DNA of 64,000 nt from Defluviitaleaceae bacterium (lineage in GTDB: Bacteria; Bacillota; Clostridia; Lachnospirales; WRAX01). Of the stretch, positions 54,301 through 63,022 are shown piece by piece (the stretch's first letter is position 1; every line of letters begins with the position of its first letter). The stretch lies in NCBI GenBank assembly GCA_009785555.1, contig WQWB01000003.1, positions 2,280 through 66,279 of the forward strand, in the 5' to 3' direction. A program made the translations under genes and the position numbers. The notes beneath the pieces were generated by a model, which did not search any database, had not been told where the DNA came from, and saw only the letters and a list, made by a program, of their open reading frames with translations.

Positions 54301-54378
54301 TTTACTTATATATTTACCCACGCGTAATCAATATCCATATCACTCGGTTAAATTTTTATAATTCTGAAACAATTATCC

Positions 54379-55371
54379 TTACTCAGCTCCAATCAGCTCC
54401 ACATTATACCCGGCTCGCTCCAGCAAATATATAATACTCCCCTCGCCGATAAAATGCGCCGCACCGACGACGAAGAACACGCTACGTGCTTCGGTCATGT
54501 ACGTACGTGCCACTTCGGCCATACGCATATCTCGGTCGCGCAAAATGGTTTCATAATATTCCGTCATCAATTCTTCATCGAGGCCTTCCACTTCATACAG
54601 TAGCATACTTAAAAGCGTGCCGTAATCTCCCGCGGCCCATGCATCAAAAAGCGCGGCGATGCCTATCGCCATCTCTTCCGTATCCAACGCGCTTAAAAGC
54701 AAAGCGCGTTGAAGCTCCGGCGAAAAGTTTGCAAGCACCTCCATTTGTTCCCTCATTGATTCCACTTCTAAAACCGGCATACCTAAAGCCGATGCCTGCC
54801 GTATAAAAAATTCATCCAGCCCGTATTCAGCATGAAATCCAGCACGATACGCCGCAAGTACATTAAGCGCTGAAAACCACACAGGAAAGCGCGAGATCGG
54901 CAAAACCGCTGCAAGCGGAAGCCCCGCCGCGGCTAAAGCCGCTTCGTTTGCCTGCAAATGCGCCTGCATTCCGTTGAAAACATCCTGCCCGACAGTGCCG
55001 GCAATCGTTGTGCCTATTGGGTACATCATTAGTGATGTCATCGCCATAATGTCGCGCATACTAAGCTCGGCATGGGCGTTGACCTCCACGGCCAAATAAT
55101 CGCTTGATAGGAACGCGGCCATTACATAATCCGGCAATGGATAAATATACGGCGCACCGACGTGGATTGATCCGAAAAGGTATATCATATTACCTTCAGG
55201 TGATGTAACGCGCCACATAAGCGGGGTAATACCGGATGGCTCTGCCTCATCAGCATAGACCCCGCCTATATAAGTTACCGTCTCTTCGGGGCGCGCGGCA
55301 CACGCGCCGATGAAAGCAAAAAGCATCATTATGACTAACAAAGCCGCGGTTAATTTCATTTTCCTACTCAT
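54379..55371 (-). CDS. TraB/GumN-family protein (lipoprotein-like signal)
   Basis: ...LMWRVTSPEGNMIYLFGSIHVG... GumN/TraB signature. Start moved to ATG 55371 behind GGAGGA. ...FIGAC lipobox-like. Confidence 0.7.
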   Translation of the reverse strand: MSRKMKLTAALLVIMMLFAFIGACAARPEETVTYIGGVYADEAEPSGITPLMWRVTSPEGNMIYLFGSIHVGAPYIYPLPDYVMAAFLSSDYLAVEVNAHAELSMRDIMAMTSLMMYPIGTTIAGTVGQDVFNGMQAHLQANEAALAAAGLPLAAVLPISRFPVWFSALNVLAAYRAGFHAEYGLDEFFIRQASALGMPVLEVESMREQMEVLANFSPELQRALLLSALDTEEMAIGIAALFDAWAAGDYGTLLSMLLYEVEGLDEELMTEYYETILRDRDMRMAEVARTYMTEARSVFFVVGAAHFIGEGSIIYLLERAGYNVELIGAE

Positions 55372-55372
55372 T

Positions 55373-55984
55373 TTAATCCTCCAGATATCCATTTTTATCG
55401 TTAAGTTCAGTTTCCCCAATTAGGCCGTTATAAAAATCCACAGCGGTTTTTTGCCGCTCTTTGGCCAGCTTTTTACCGCGTGCGGTGTAAAACCTATCGT
55501 AGATATGCTTGAGCTTAAAGTTATACTCATAGATAAAACCGTCAATACCGCCGCCTGTCTGCCCATCATACAATATTGTACGGGCTATACCCACCGCACC
55601 CGCGACTTCCAATTTATCCGCGTCAAAAAGAATTTTTGCCTCAATACTCGCCGGCTTATTATTTTTACGGTACCTATGTGTCGTTATACACGACCTTACG
55701 TGATTTGCCCGTTCCTCGCTCCAATTATGGTTTACGAGAAATTCATATGCCATCTCTGCCCCCACCTGCGCGTGGCATAGGCTACTGTCGGCGTACTGGC
55801 GCGGACGGCCTATATCATGCAGTAGGCAGGCGGCGATAAGGATATCCATATCAACACCGCCTTCGTGCCGCGCTATGTCCACCGCGTTGCCCAACACTCG
55901 GTACACGTGGTTGCAATCATGCGCGACATCGACCGGACATTCCAGCATAAACGCTTCTATAATGGCAAATTCGCTTTTTTTCAT
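55373..55984 (-). CDS. HD-domain phosphohydrolase
   Basis: ...HVYRV...LLHDIGRP... HD motif. 4-nt overlap with alr. Confidence 0.7.
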   Translation of the reverse strand: MKKSEFAIIEAFMLECPVDVAHDCNHVYRVLGNAVDIARHEGGVDMDILIAACLLHDIGRPRQYADSSLCHAQVGAEMAYEFLVNHNWSEERANHVRSCITTHRYRKNNKPASIEAKILFDADKLEVAGAVGIARTILYDGQTGGGIDGFIYEYNFKLKHIYDRFYTARGKKLAKERQKTAVDFYNGLIGETELNDKNGYLED

Positions 55985-57111
55985 ACAACGTTCCCTACAT
56001 ATATACGCGGCACCCTACGCCCTATCAAGCACAACACCTCATAGTTTATAGTACCCATAAGAGCGGCAATTTCCTCCACCGTTATCTCATCCGCACCTTG
56101 TTTCCCTATGATAACAACCTCATCGCCGACACATACGCCGCCGTTTACATCTGTAATGTCCACCATCATCTGATCCATACAAATACGGCCGATGACAGGG
56201 GCGCGATATCCGTTTACAAGAACATGCAGTTTGCCGCTTAATCCACGCGACACGCCGTCGGCGTAACCGATTGGCAAAGTCGCTATCTTCGTTTCCCTTT
56301 GAGTTATAAAAATTCCGCCGTAGCTCACCTTCGTGCCGACGGGTACGGTATTTACCCTATATATACGAGTTTTAAGCGATAATGCCTTTTTAAAATTCGC
56401 GCGTGTTTTTTCTACCGCTTCCGACGGGTAACATCCATATAAGGAAATACCGAGCCGTACCATATCGCAATACGCCGAAGGATACATAAGAGACGCCGCG
56501 GAGTTTGCCGCATGGAAGATAATGGGCCTGTCCAAAATAACCTTTGCTTCCGCTGCAACAGCTTTAAACCGCATTATCTGCATCTCCGTATATGTTCTAT
56601 CCGCCTCGTCCGCGCATGCAAAATGCGTATAAATACCTACAATATTTACATTAGGCATTTCATCGATCCGCCTAACGGCATTATCCGCGTCGCCAAGGTT
56701 AAACCCGACGCGTGTCATACCCGTGTCGATTTTTATGTGTATATCGGCGGTTTTTCCGAGCTTACTTGCAACCGTTGAAACTTTTTCCGCATATACCAAG
56801 TCATAAACCGTTAATGTAACGCTGTTTAAGATGGCAAACCCTATATTTCCATCACCAACATGATTAAACACGAGAATAGGAGAGTTCACGTGTTTACGCA
56901 GTTCAATTGCCTCATCAAATGTAGCAACACCGAAATTGGCGCACCCCTCGGCGGCAAGGCGTTTAGCAAGTGCCGCCTCACCATGGCCATATGCCCACGC
57001 CTTAAGCACGCACATAACGGGTACACCCGTCAAATTTAGAATTTCGCGGTAATTATGGGCGATGGCATCTAGGTTTACCTCCGCCCACGTCCTATCTGTT
57101 GCCGTCATCAT
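55981..57111 (-). CDS. alr: alanine racemase
   Basis: PLP-lysine region ...MCVLKAWAYGHG... Full-length Alr-like sequence. Start moved to ATG 57111; the track's extension to 57210 reads through repeat 57128..57223. Confidence 0.9.
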   Translation of the reverse strand: MMTATDRTWAEVNLDAIAHNYREILNLTGVPVMCVLKAWAYGHGEAALAKRLAAEGCANFGVATFDEAIELRKHVNSPILVFNHVGDGNIGFAILNSVTLTVYDLVYAEKVSTVASKLGKTADIHIKIDTGMTRVGFNLGDADNAVRRIDEMPNVNIVGIYTHFACADEADRTYTEMQIMRFKAVAAEAKVILDRPIIFHAANSAASLMYPSAYCDMVRLGISLYGCYPSEAVEKTRANFKKALSLKTRIYRVNTVPVGTKVSYGGIFITQRETKIATLPIGYADGVSRGLSGKLHVLVNGYRAPVIGRICMDQMMVDITDVNGGVCVGDEVVIIGKQGADEITVEEIAALMGTINYEVLCLIGRRVPRIYVGNVV

Positions 57112-57127
57112 AAAACCTTCTTCTTTT

Positions 57128-57223
57128 GTGATATACTCGCTAAACCATAAAATGGTACGATAAGGTGCAATTACTGTAAGATTCAACTTGAAAACAAAGA
57201 CCGTTTTCAAGTTAAGCAGCTAT
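57128..57223 (-). repeat. family 2 hairpin element (reverse orientation)
   Basis: Reverse complement matches 25159..25254 (hairpin GTTAAGCAGCTAT.. end at 57223; GAGTATATCAC end at 57128). Ends 17 nt upstream of the alr start. Confidence 0.8.
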
Positions 57224-57277
57224 ACTAACCTTATTATAGGTTTTTCGGGCTATTTTGTCAATAGTTACAAGGGTTTG

Positions 57278-57544
57278 CTACATACGCTTACCAGCCATTT
57301 TAAGAAGCATATCAAACCGCGCCTTATCCATTGGCGAAAGCGTTTCTGTGTATGCCTTTATCATCAGCTCACGTTCCTGCGGACTCGGTTCTTCATCCGC
57401 ATTCTTGAAGTGTTCCGAAATTATCGAAATCGCTTCCATTATGGTCTTATTGGCGATCTTCTTTGCAAGATCAACAAGCATTGATTTTCTTTCGTTGGAT
57501 AAACCCTCAAACTCCGGCTTGCTTAATAACGTTACGATATCCAT
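57278..57544 (-). CDS. hypothetical small helical protein
   Basis: ATG 57544 behind GGAGGG. No family recognised. In an operon with the next gene. Confidence 0.4.
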   Translation of the reverse strand: MDIVTLLSKPEFEGLSNERKSMLVDLAKKIANKTIMEAISIISEHFKNADEEPSPQERELMIKAYTETLSPMDKARFDMLLKMAGKRM

Positions 57545-57556
57545 AAAACCCTCCAA

Positions 57557-57850
57557 TTATTTAAATGCGCTGAACATCTCCATCATCGTCATCATTGTTT
57601 TCATATTTTCCCCCATATGTGGCATAATGAGTTCCATAAGCGCTGCGCGCCGCCTTCCGTGATCCTTTTCACTGTTTACGCGGCTTACCGCCTCAGACAT
57701 ATCCTTTACGTATTCCATCAGCCTATAGATTTCCACAAGTTTTACGGCAACCAAAATAAATTTGCGCAAATCGGGCGCAAGACCTGCGGCGGCCGACTTT
57801 ATCGTCGCCAACTCCGGTGTAGAAACAGTTCTTATTGCTTCGTTAAACAT
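57557..57850 (-). CDS. hypothetical small helical Met-rich protein
   Basis: 97-aa ORF ending ...MKTMMTMMEMFSAFK. No family recognised. Confidence 0.4.
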   Translation of the reverse strand: MFNEAIRTVSTPELATIKSAAAGLAPDLRKFILVAVKLVEIYRLMEYVKDMSEAVSRVNSEKDHGRRRAALMELIMPHMGENMKTMMTMMEMFSAFK

Positions 57851-57914
57851 ACAAAAACCCCTTTGTTAAGGCTATGTAGGACATGGTTCCAATTATTCGT
57901 TGACCCTACATTAA

Positions 57915-58220
57915 TGTATACCATATTTCACTCAAAGCCACATAATACCTCCGTATCAGTGCAGCCAAACCGCAATCATACTATTACATCATAAGAAAAG
58001 TATTTCAGGGTCAAGTAAAAACGGTGATGTCAGAAATGCTTTACAGTATAAAAAACATGGGCTGGTCATAAATAAATCTGACACAGCCCATATTATAACG
58101 GGTAAAATTAGTGTAAATGAAGATATTACGGAGCTGCTACGGTTGTACCTCAAAGCGCACTACAGCGGTGATGTTGTTGCGCTGGCGGAGATTCGGCAAT
58201 ATCAGTTTAAAACTATTTGA
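57915..58220 (+). pseudogene. start-less open frame (possible 3' remnant of a disrupted gene)
   Basis: My own translation: 101 sense codons ending ...GDVRNALQYKKHGLVINKSDTAHIITGKISVNEDITELLRLYLKAHYSGDVVALAEIRQYQFKTI*. No ATG/GTG start and no RBS. Confidence 0.3.
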
Positions 58221-58246
58221 AGATTTTAACAAAAAGTTATAAAACA

Positions 58247-58804
58247 TCATCCGAACAAATTTTTCAACCCTGCAATTAATGAATTAAAGCTATTTGACGT
58301 ATTGTTTTCTATGGATAGATATTTGCCTATTGCGCGAGATCCCAAACTTTTCTGATATGTACCGCTGGTTATTTTCAATAACTCGTCCGATACATTTTCT
58401 ATATTATCTGGTATACGGTATCTTGCTTTTTTAGCGAATTTAGCAAGGCTATTATTTGAAAAGCCTAAGCCTATTTCAACAGCTGCCAAGTCTCCGAAAT
58501 AATAACTCTCAAGCTCTCTACATGCAATTCTTACTAAAACCCCTTTTTTGCCTGTTTTATCACATAAATTGGTTAAATTATTTTTTATCGACACACAGTC
58601 TCCCGAATCTTGATCGCGAAGCACTAAGAACAAAGAATCCAGCTTCTGCCAATACATAATCTTTTTCACAAGTTGCTTTTCAAGGTCTTGCTTTCCTTCA
58701 AATACAATAAAATGAGTGTTAATGTTAGGTAATAACCGTGGCAAAACCCCCTCTAACATGTAACGAGCAGAAGGTTCTTCAACTAGACAAACAAGTGTTT
58801 TCAT
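58247..58804 (-). CDS. DUF4276-type, TOPRIM-like protein
   Basis: MKTLVCLVEEPSARYMLEGVLPRLL..., ...LVLRDQDSGDC..., ...RIACRELESYYFGD... match my memory of the DUF4276 consensus (acidic strand + DxD patch). ATGA overlap with the ATPase gene. Confidence 0.55.
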   Translation of the reverse strand: MKTLVCLVEEPSARYMLEGVLPRLLPNINTHFIVFEGKQDLEKQLVKKIMYWQKLDSLFLVLRDQDSGDCVSIKNNLTNLCDKTGKKGVLVRIACRELESYYFGDLAAVEIGLGFSNNSLAKFAKKARYRIPDNIENVSDELLKITSGTYQKSLGSRAIGKYLSIENNTSNSFNSLIAGLKNLFG

Positions 58805-59997
58805 TTCGGATCAACACCTCCAAAAAACCCTTGTTTCCAAAGATAACCCATTTTATCCCCGACTTCCATGTATGCTTTGATTTGTTTATCATTTTTTGCA
58901 GGTTTTATATCCGTATATCCATTTCTTTTCTCAAGCCAAAACACTTCTTCTAATTTTATAGCGTTTAAGAAATCAGGGCTGTGTGTTGAAACAAAAACCT
59001 GCCCACCCCGATTAGCATAAGCACGAAATTCTTCTGCCAATTCATAAAGCACTGATTGATACAGCTGATTTTCCGGTTCTTCAACACATAAAAGCGGGAA
59101 AGGATTAGGATCATACAACAAAACTAAATATGCTAACATTTTCATTGTTCCGTCAGAAACGAAGCGAGATAAAAAATAATCACCAAATTCTTCATCTTTA
59201 AATCTAAGTACAACTCTACCTTCATCATTTGTATCTGCTTTTACATCAACAACACCCGGCACACGCGCTTTCATTATGGATACTATTTTATCAAAAACAT
59301 CTTTGTGGTTCTGATATAAATATTGAACAACATTGCTCAGATTTTCGCCGTGTTGCGACAAATGCTCGGCGTATCCAGCATCTCGTTCTTGACGTGCACG
59401 GTTTATATGAAAATCGGATATATGCCAATTCTCTATAAGTTCACCTAAAGCTACTGCGGCGGGAAATCTATTGTTAATAGCCAATCCCCTAACTGCAAGT
59501 ATATCTGGAGCTTTCAAAGTTTGCTCTTCCCGCTTTAAATCTTTTTCTTCCATTACTTTATCTAATTCATTTATAACCGCTTTTCCTGTCCCATTAGAAA
59601 AATCTAAAAAATGCCATGCATTGCCAGCTGTACCGCGTCTATAGCGAAGAACTTCTCTTTCAACGGTAATACGCCCTACATTATTTTTATTTATATGCAA
59701 TAAATATGTGATAAGTGGAGACCCCTTCTTAGCCTCGCGTCGAAACTTCAATTCAATCTCAATAGGACCTGAAGAACCTCTGCTTAGCACTTCATCAATA
59801 CCTCGTGACCCTCCAAATTTTGCCAATGCAGAAGTAACATTGCCATTCAATGCTTCTTTTAAAAAACCAAAGACACTAAAAAGCGTACTCTTTCCCGTCC
59901 CATTAGCACCAACCAATACGCAAAAATTAGGAATATCACGCATTTCAACATCTCTGAATGTTTTGAAGTTCTTTAATCTGATTGATTCGATTTTCAT
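58801..59997 (-). CDS. soluble ABC-type (SMC/RecF/OLD-like, AAA_21-type) ATPase
   Basis: Walker A ...LVGANGTGKSTLF..., long insert, Walker B ...PLLCVEEPENQLY..., H-loop ...VFVSTHSPDFL. No transmembrane domain. Confidence 0.75.
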   Translation of the reverse strand: MKIESIRLKNFKTFRDVEMRDIPNFCVLVGANGTGKSTLFSVFGFLKEALNGNVTSALAKFGGSRGIDEVLSRGSSGPIEIELKFRREAKKGSPLITYLLHINKNNVGRITVEREVLRYRRGTAGNAWHFLDFSNGTGKAVINELDKVMEEKDLKREEQTLKAPDILAVRGLAINNRFPAAVALGELIENWHISDFHINRARQERDAGYAEHLSQHGENLSNVVQYLYQNHKDVFDKIVSIMKARVPGVVDVKADTNDEGRVVLRFKDEEFGDYFLSRFVSDGTMKMLAYLVLLYDPNPFPLLCVEEPENQLYQSVLYELAEEFRAYANRGGQVFVSTHSPDFLNAIKLEEVFWLEKRNGYTDIKPAKNDKQIKAYMEVGDKMGYLWKQGFFGGVDPK

Positions 59998-60040
59998 TAA
60001 TATTCACCTCAAAATTTATTGTTGACAATTAACTTAAATC

Positions 60041-61780
60041 CTAAATCCTAGCCCCCTGCTCTTGCACTTTGCACAACTCCTGGTACACGCCAGGCACGGC
60101 CACAAGTTTTTCATGCGTTCCGCGTTGTACGATGCGGCCTTCTTCCAGTACAAGGATTAGGTCGGCGTTTCTTATCGTAGACAGGCGGTGCGCTATGGCT
60201 AGGACAGTGCGCGAACCGCTTAGACTATGTATGGCTCGTTGTATTTGCGCTTCTGTCTGCATATCTACGGATGCCGTAGCCTCGTCTAAAATAAGTATCG
60301 GCGCGTCACGGAGGACGGCGCGCGCAATGGCTACACGCTGTTTCTGCCCGCCAGACAGGCGCAGTCCGCGTTCCCCAACCTCTGTGTTATATTTATCGGG
60401 CATTTCCATTATGTCATCGTAGATACCCGCAACCTTTGATGCTTCAACAATATCACTCTCCGTCGCACCGGGCTTAGCGTATGCAATATTTGCGGCGATA
60501 GTGCCATTAAAAAGGAATGTGTCTTGCAAGACCATAGAAATACGGCTACGCAGGCTGTTTTGCTTTATTCCGCGCAAGTCATGCCCGTCCACAAAAACCG
60601 CGCCCTCCGTCGGGTCATAGAAACGTGCTGCCAACTGTATCATCGTCGTCTTGCCTACACCCGTCGGCCCAACAAGGGCTATCATCTGCCCAGGTTTTGC
60701 CTCAAACGATACATCATTAAGCACCGGCACACCGTCTATATAGTTAAAGCTCACGTTCCTAAATTCAATATGACCTTTGATTTCCGGCAAATCCTCGGCA
60801 TCCGGCGCGTCTTTTATCTCGCTTTCATAATCCATAACTTCCAATACACGCTCCGTACCTGCAAATGCGTTCTGCGCTCCCTCCACAAGATTTGCAAGCC
60901 CTGTAAGCGGACCGTAGAACATACCGAGATAGAGCAGGAAGAAAACCATATCTTCCAATCCCAACCCGCGCGTATACGCCATCCAGCCGCCAAATCCGAC
61001 GACGATGACCGTACCCAGCGACGTAAGAAACTCGACGGACGGGTGGAACACGGCGGAGTATTTTAATGCGCGAAGCATATATACCGTTACATCGTTTGCC
61101 TTGCCGAACACATTTTTGCTTTCCTTCTCCTGCTGGCAGAAGGCTTGAATCTCCTGCACACCGCTGAAATTATCCTGCAGCTGCGAATTAAGCGCTCCCA
61201 AGGATTTCTGCATCTTGCGGAACATCGGGCGCACCTTCTTCATCAGTATCCACGCAGAGATTAGGATAAACGGTATGGGTATCGCCGTCATCAGCGCAAG
61301 CTGCGCGTCTCTCATAACAAGTATGATCGTAACGGCAATCAACATCAGCGAGTTTGTAATGGTTTCGGGGATGATATGAGCATAAAGCAGCTCAAATGTA
61401 CCCGTATCGTTGACTACGCGCGACATAAGGTCACCAGTTTGCTTATCGTGGAAAAAGCGCATGGAATAGCTTTGGATGCGGTCGTATACCCTAACTCGCA
61501 TATCCTCCACCAGCCGCCAGGCGGCCACGTGCGGTATGTAGCTAGCCATAAAGCGCAGAATAATGCGCCCGACGTACAGGGCGAGCAAGATGAGGGCGAG
61601 CCGCATAGCCTCGCTGACGCCATAACTGTCGATACCGCCTTCAACGATGCCGGTAATTTGCGATAAATAGCGAGGTGCCATTAAGTTGACAGCAAGCAGC
61701 GCAAGCGTTGCTAACCCGCCAAGGATGAGCAAGCCTTTGTAACGCTTGGCCTCACCCGCAATTCTCCATAAAAGTTTCAT
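60041..61780 (-). CDS. ABC exporter, fused permease/ATPase (MsbA-like type I)
   Basis: Six-TM domain followed by an NBD with GPTGVGKTT, LSGGQKQR and ILILDEATS. Start moved to ATG 61780 behind AAGGAG. Confidence 0.85.
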   Translation of the reverse strand: MKLLWRIAGEAKRYKGLLILGGLATLALLAVNLMAPRYLSQITGIVEGGIDSYGVSEAMRLALILLALYVGRIILRFMASYIPHVAAWRLVEDMRVRVYDRIQSYSMRFFHDKQTGDLMSRVVNDTGTFELLYAHIIPETITNSLMLIAVTIILVMRDAQLALMTAIPIPFILISAWILMKKVRPMFRKMQKSLGALNSQLQDNFSGVQEIQAFCQQEKESKNVFGKANDVTVYMLRALKYSAVFHPSVEFLTSLGTVIVVGFGGWMAYTRGLGLEDMVFFLLYLGMFYGPLTGLANLVEGAQNAFAGTERVLEVMDYESEIKDAPDAEDLPEIKGHIEFRNVSFNYIDGVPVLNDVSFEAKPGQMIALVGPTGVGKTTMIQLAARFYDPTEGAVFVDGHDLRGIKQNSLRSRISMVLQDTFLFNGTIAANIAYAKPGATESDIVEASKVAGIYDDIMEMPDKYNTEVGERGLRLSGGQKQRVAIARAVLRDAPILILDEATASVDMQTEAQIQRAIHSLSGSRTVLAIAHRLSTIRNADLILVLEEGRIVQRGTHEKLVAVPGVYQELCKVQEQGARI

Positions 61781-61836
61781 GTTACACTCCTTGGTTTTGT
61801 TTTTAATCGTTAAATTCTTTATTATACTTTGCCAGC

Positions 61837-62066
61837 ACGCACCGCTCAAACGTCATTGCGGGCTAGTGGGAGTTATACTAGTCCGCAATTAAATCCACTC
61901 TAAGTTCGCGCAAACGACGTACATTTCATTCAAGCTGTTTGCGCTCACTAAGAGGGATTTTAATTGCGGATACGTATTAGGGTGCAATGCTTAGCGCGTC
62001 GCAGACATCTTAGCGCGTCGCAGACATCTTTCCGCGCCCTTATTCCCATTTGACCCGCAATCTCTT
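61837..62066. repeat. family 3 element, composite copy with nested hairpin insert and a 19-bp tandem duplication
   Basis: Left end CGCACCGCTCAAACGTCATTGCGGGCTAGTGGGAGTTA and right end CCCATTTGACCCGCAATCTCTT match 27957..28052. The interior holds the ~87-nt hairpin CCGCAATTAAATCC.../...GGATTTTAATTGCGG and CTTAGCGCGTCGCAGACAT x2 (61990-62027). Confidence 0.7.
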
Positions 62067-62081
62067 GGTAGCGGCATCGTA

Positions 62082-62906
62082 TTACAACCGCAGCTCCATA
62101 AAAACGTCATGTTCGTCCAACATTTCGTATTTAAACCCGGCAAAACACGGCACATTTTCATTTAATACGCAGAAATTTAGGTATTTATATCCAAGATTGT
62201 CACCAACGGCCAGTATCTCGCTAATCAACCCCTGCGTAAGTTCACCCCAGCAGGCAACGGACGCGGCTTCCGCAGGCATATATGCGCCGATATTTACATA
62301 CGCGTTACCTATTTTATACGACGCAACCGTCCTACCATCAAATTCGTGCCTCGCGTTAAAAACCTTCCACATATGCGCCGATGAATGCTGCCATAAACCA
62401 GAAACAAGCGGCAGGTTCTTTACGACGCTAGATGGCACTTTATCAATACAAACATTATTATTACTTATTACCGTTGTTGCGATTTTTAATGTCGAATTAC
62501 TGTCTTTAGTCTGAATAAAACCATTTTTCCGGTAAAAATCAATAGAGCCGCTCTCTAAATTTGGCATCGTACGTATGAATGCACAGTTATTATCTTTAGC
62601 GTACGCTATACCCGCATCCACCAGTTTCCGGCCAATACCCATCTTTTGGTAATCCTCATGCACCTGCATCATGCCGAGGTAAAGAAAGCGTTGCGCTGTG
62701 TCATCCGTAATAACCCATTCAGTATGGCCGACAATTTTACCATCCAATTCAGCCACTTGGATAAAAAATCCATTATAAAGACTTGTTACCGTGGAAGCTA
62801 AACATGCTTCGTTTGACCCCCAGTGGTCATCACTGCCGTGCGTTTCGCGTATGCCTTGTATATCCACATTAACATCAACTTCACGTATAGTTACATCCAT
62901 AATCAT
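62082..62906 (-). CDS. GNAT-family acetyltransferase with extra C-terminal domain
   Basis: ...QKMGIGRKLVDAGIAYAKDNNCAFIRT... acetyl-CoA-binding-type core in the N-terminal half. Confidence 0.6.
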   Translation of the reverse strand: MIMDVTIREVDVNVDIQGIRETHGSDDHWGSNEACLASTVTSLYNGFFIQVAELDGKIVGHTEWVITDDTAQRFLYLGMMQVHEDYQKMGIGRKLVDAGIAYAKDNNCAFIRTMPNLESGSIDFYRKNGFIQTKDSNSTLKIATTVISNNNVCIDKVPSSVVKNLPLVSGLWQHSSAHMWKVFNARHEFDGRTVASYKIGNAYVNIGAYMPAEAASVACWGELTQGLISEILAVGDNLGYKYLNFCVLNENVPCFAGFKYEMLDEHDVFMELRL

Positions 62907-63022
62907 ATCTCCAATATCGGCAGTTCAAAAATATCTTTTATAAATAGTTGATATTTATGTGCAAAATGTAGTATCATTATATCACAATATATATAATTAT
63001 CAAGTATAAGTGAGGATATCAC

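Noticed and set aside
57112-57210. N-terminal extension of the alr ORF (and the TTG 38024 start of recQ)
   Set aside because: The extra codons are a read-through of family 2 repeat sequence. Conserved Alr and RecQ sequence begins at ATG 57111 and ATG 38012 respectively.
61990-62027. Tandem 19-mer CTTAGCGCGTCGCAGACAT as a CRISPR or iteron array
   Set aside because: Only two adjacent copies with no spacer, embedded in a larger hairpin repeat. Most simply a local duplication.
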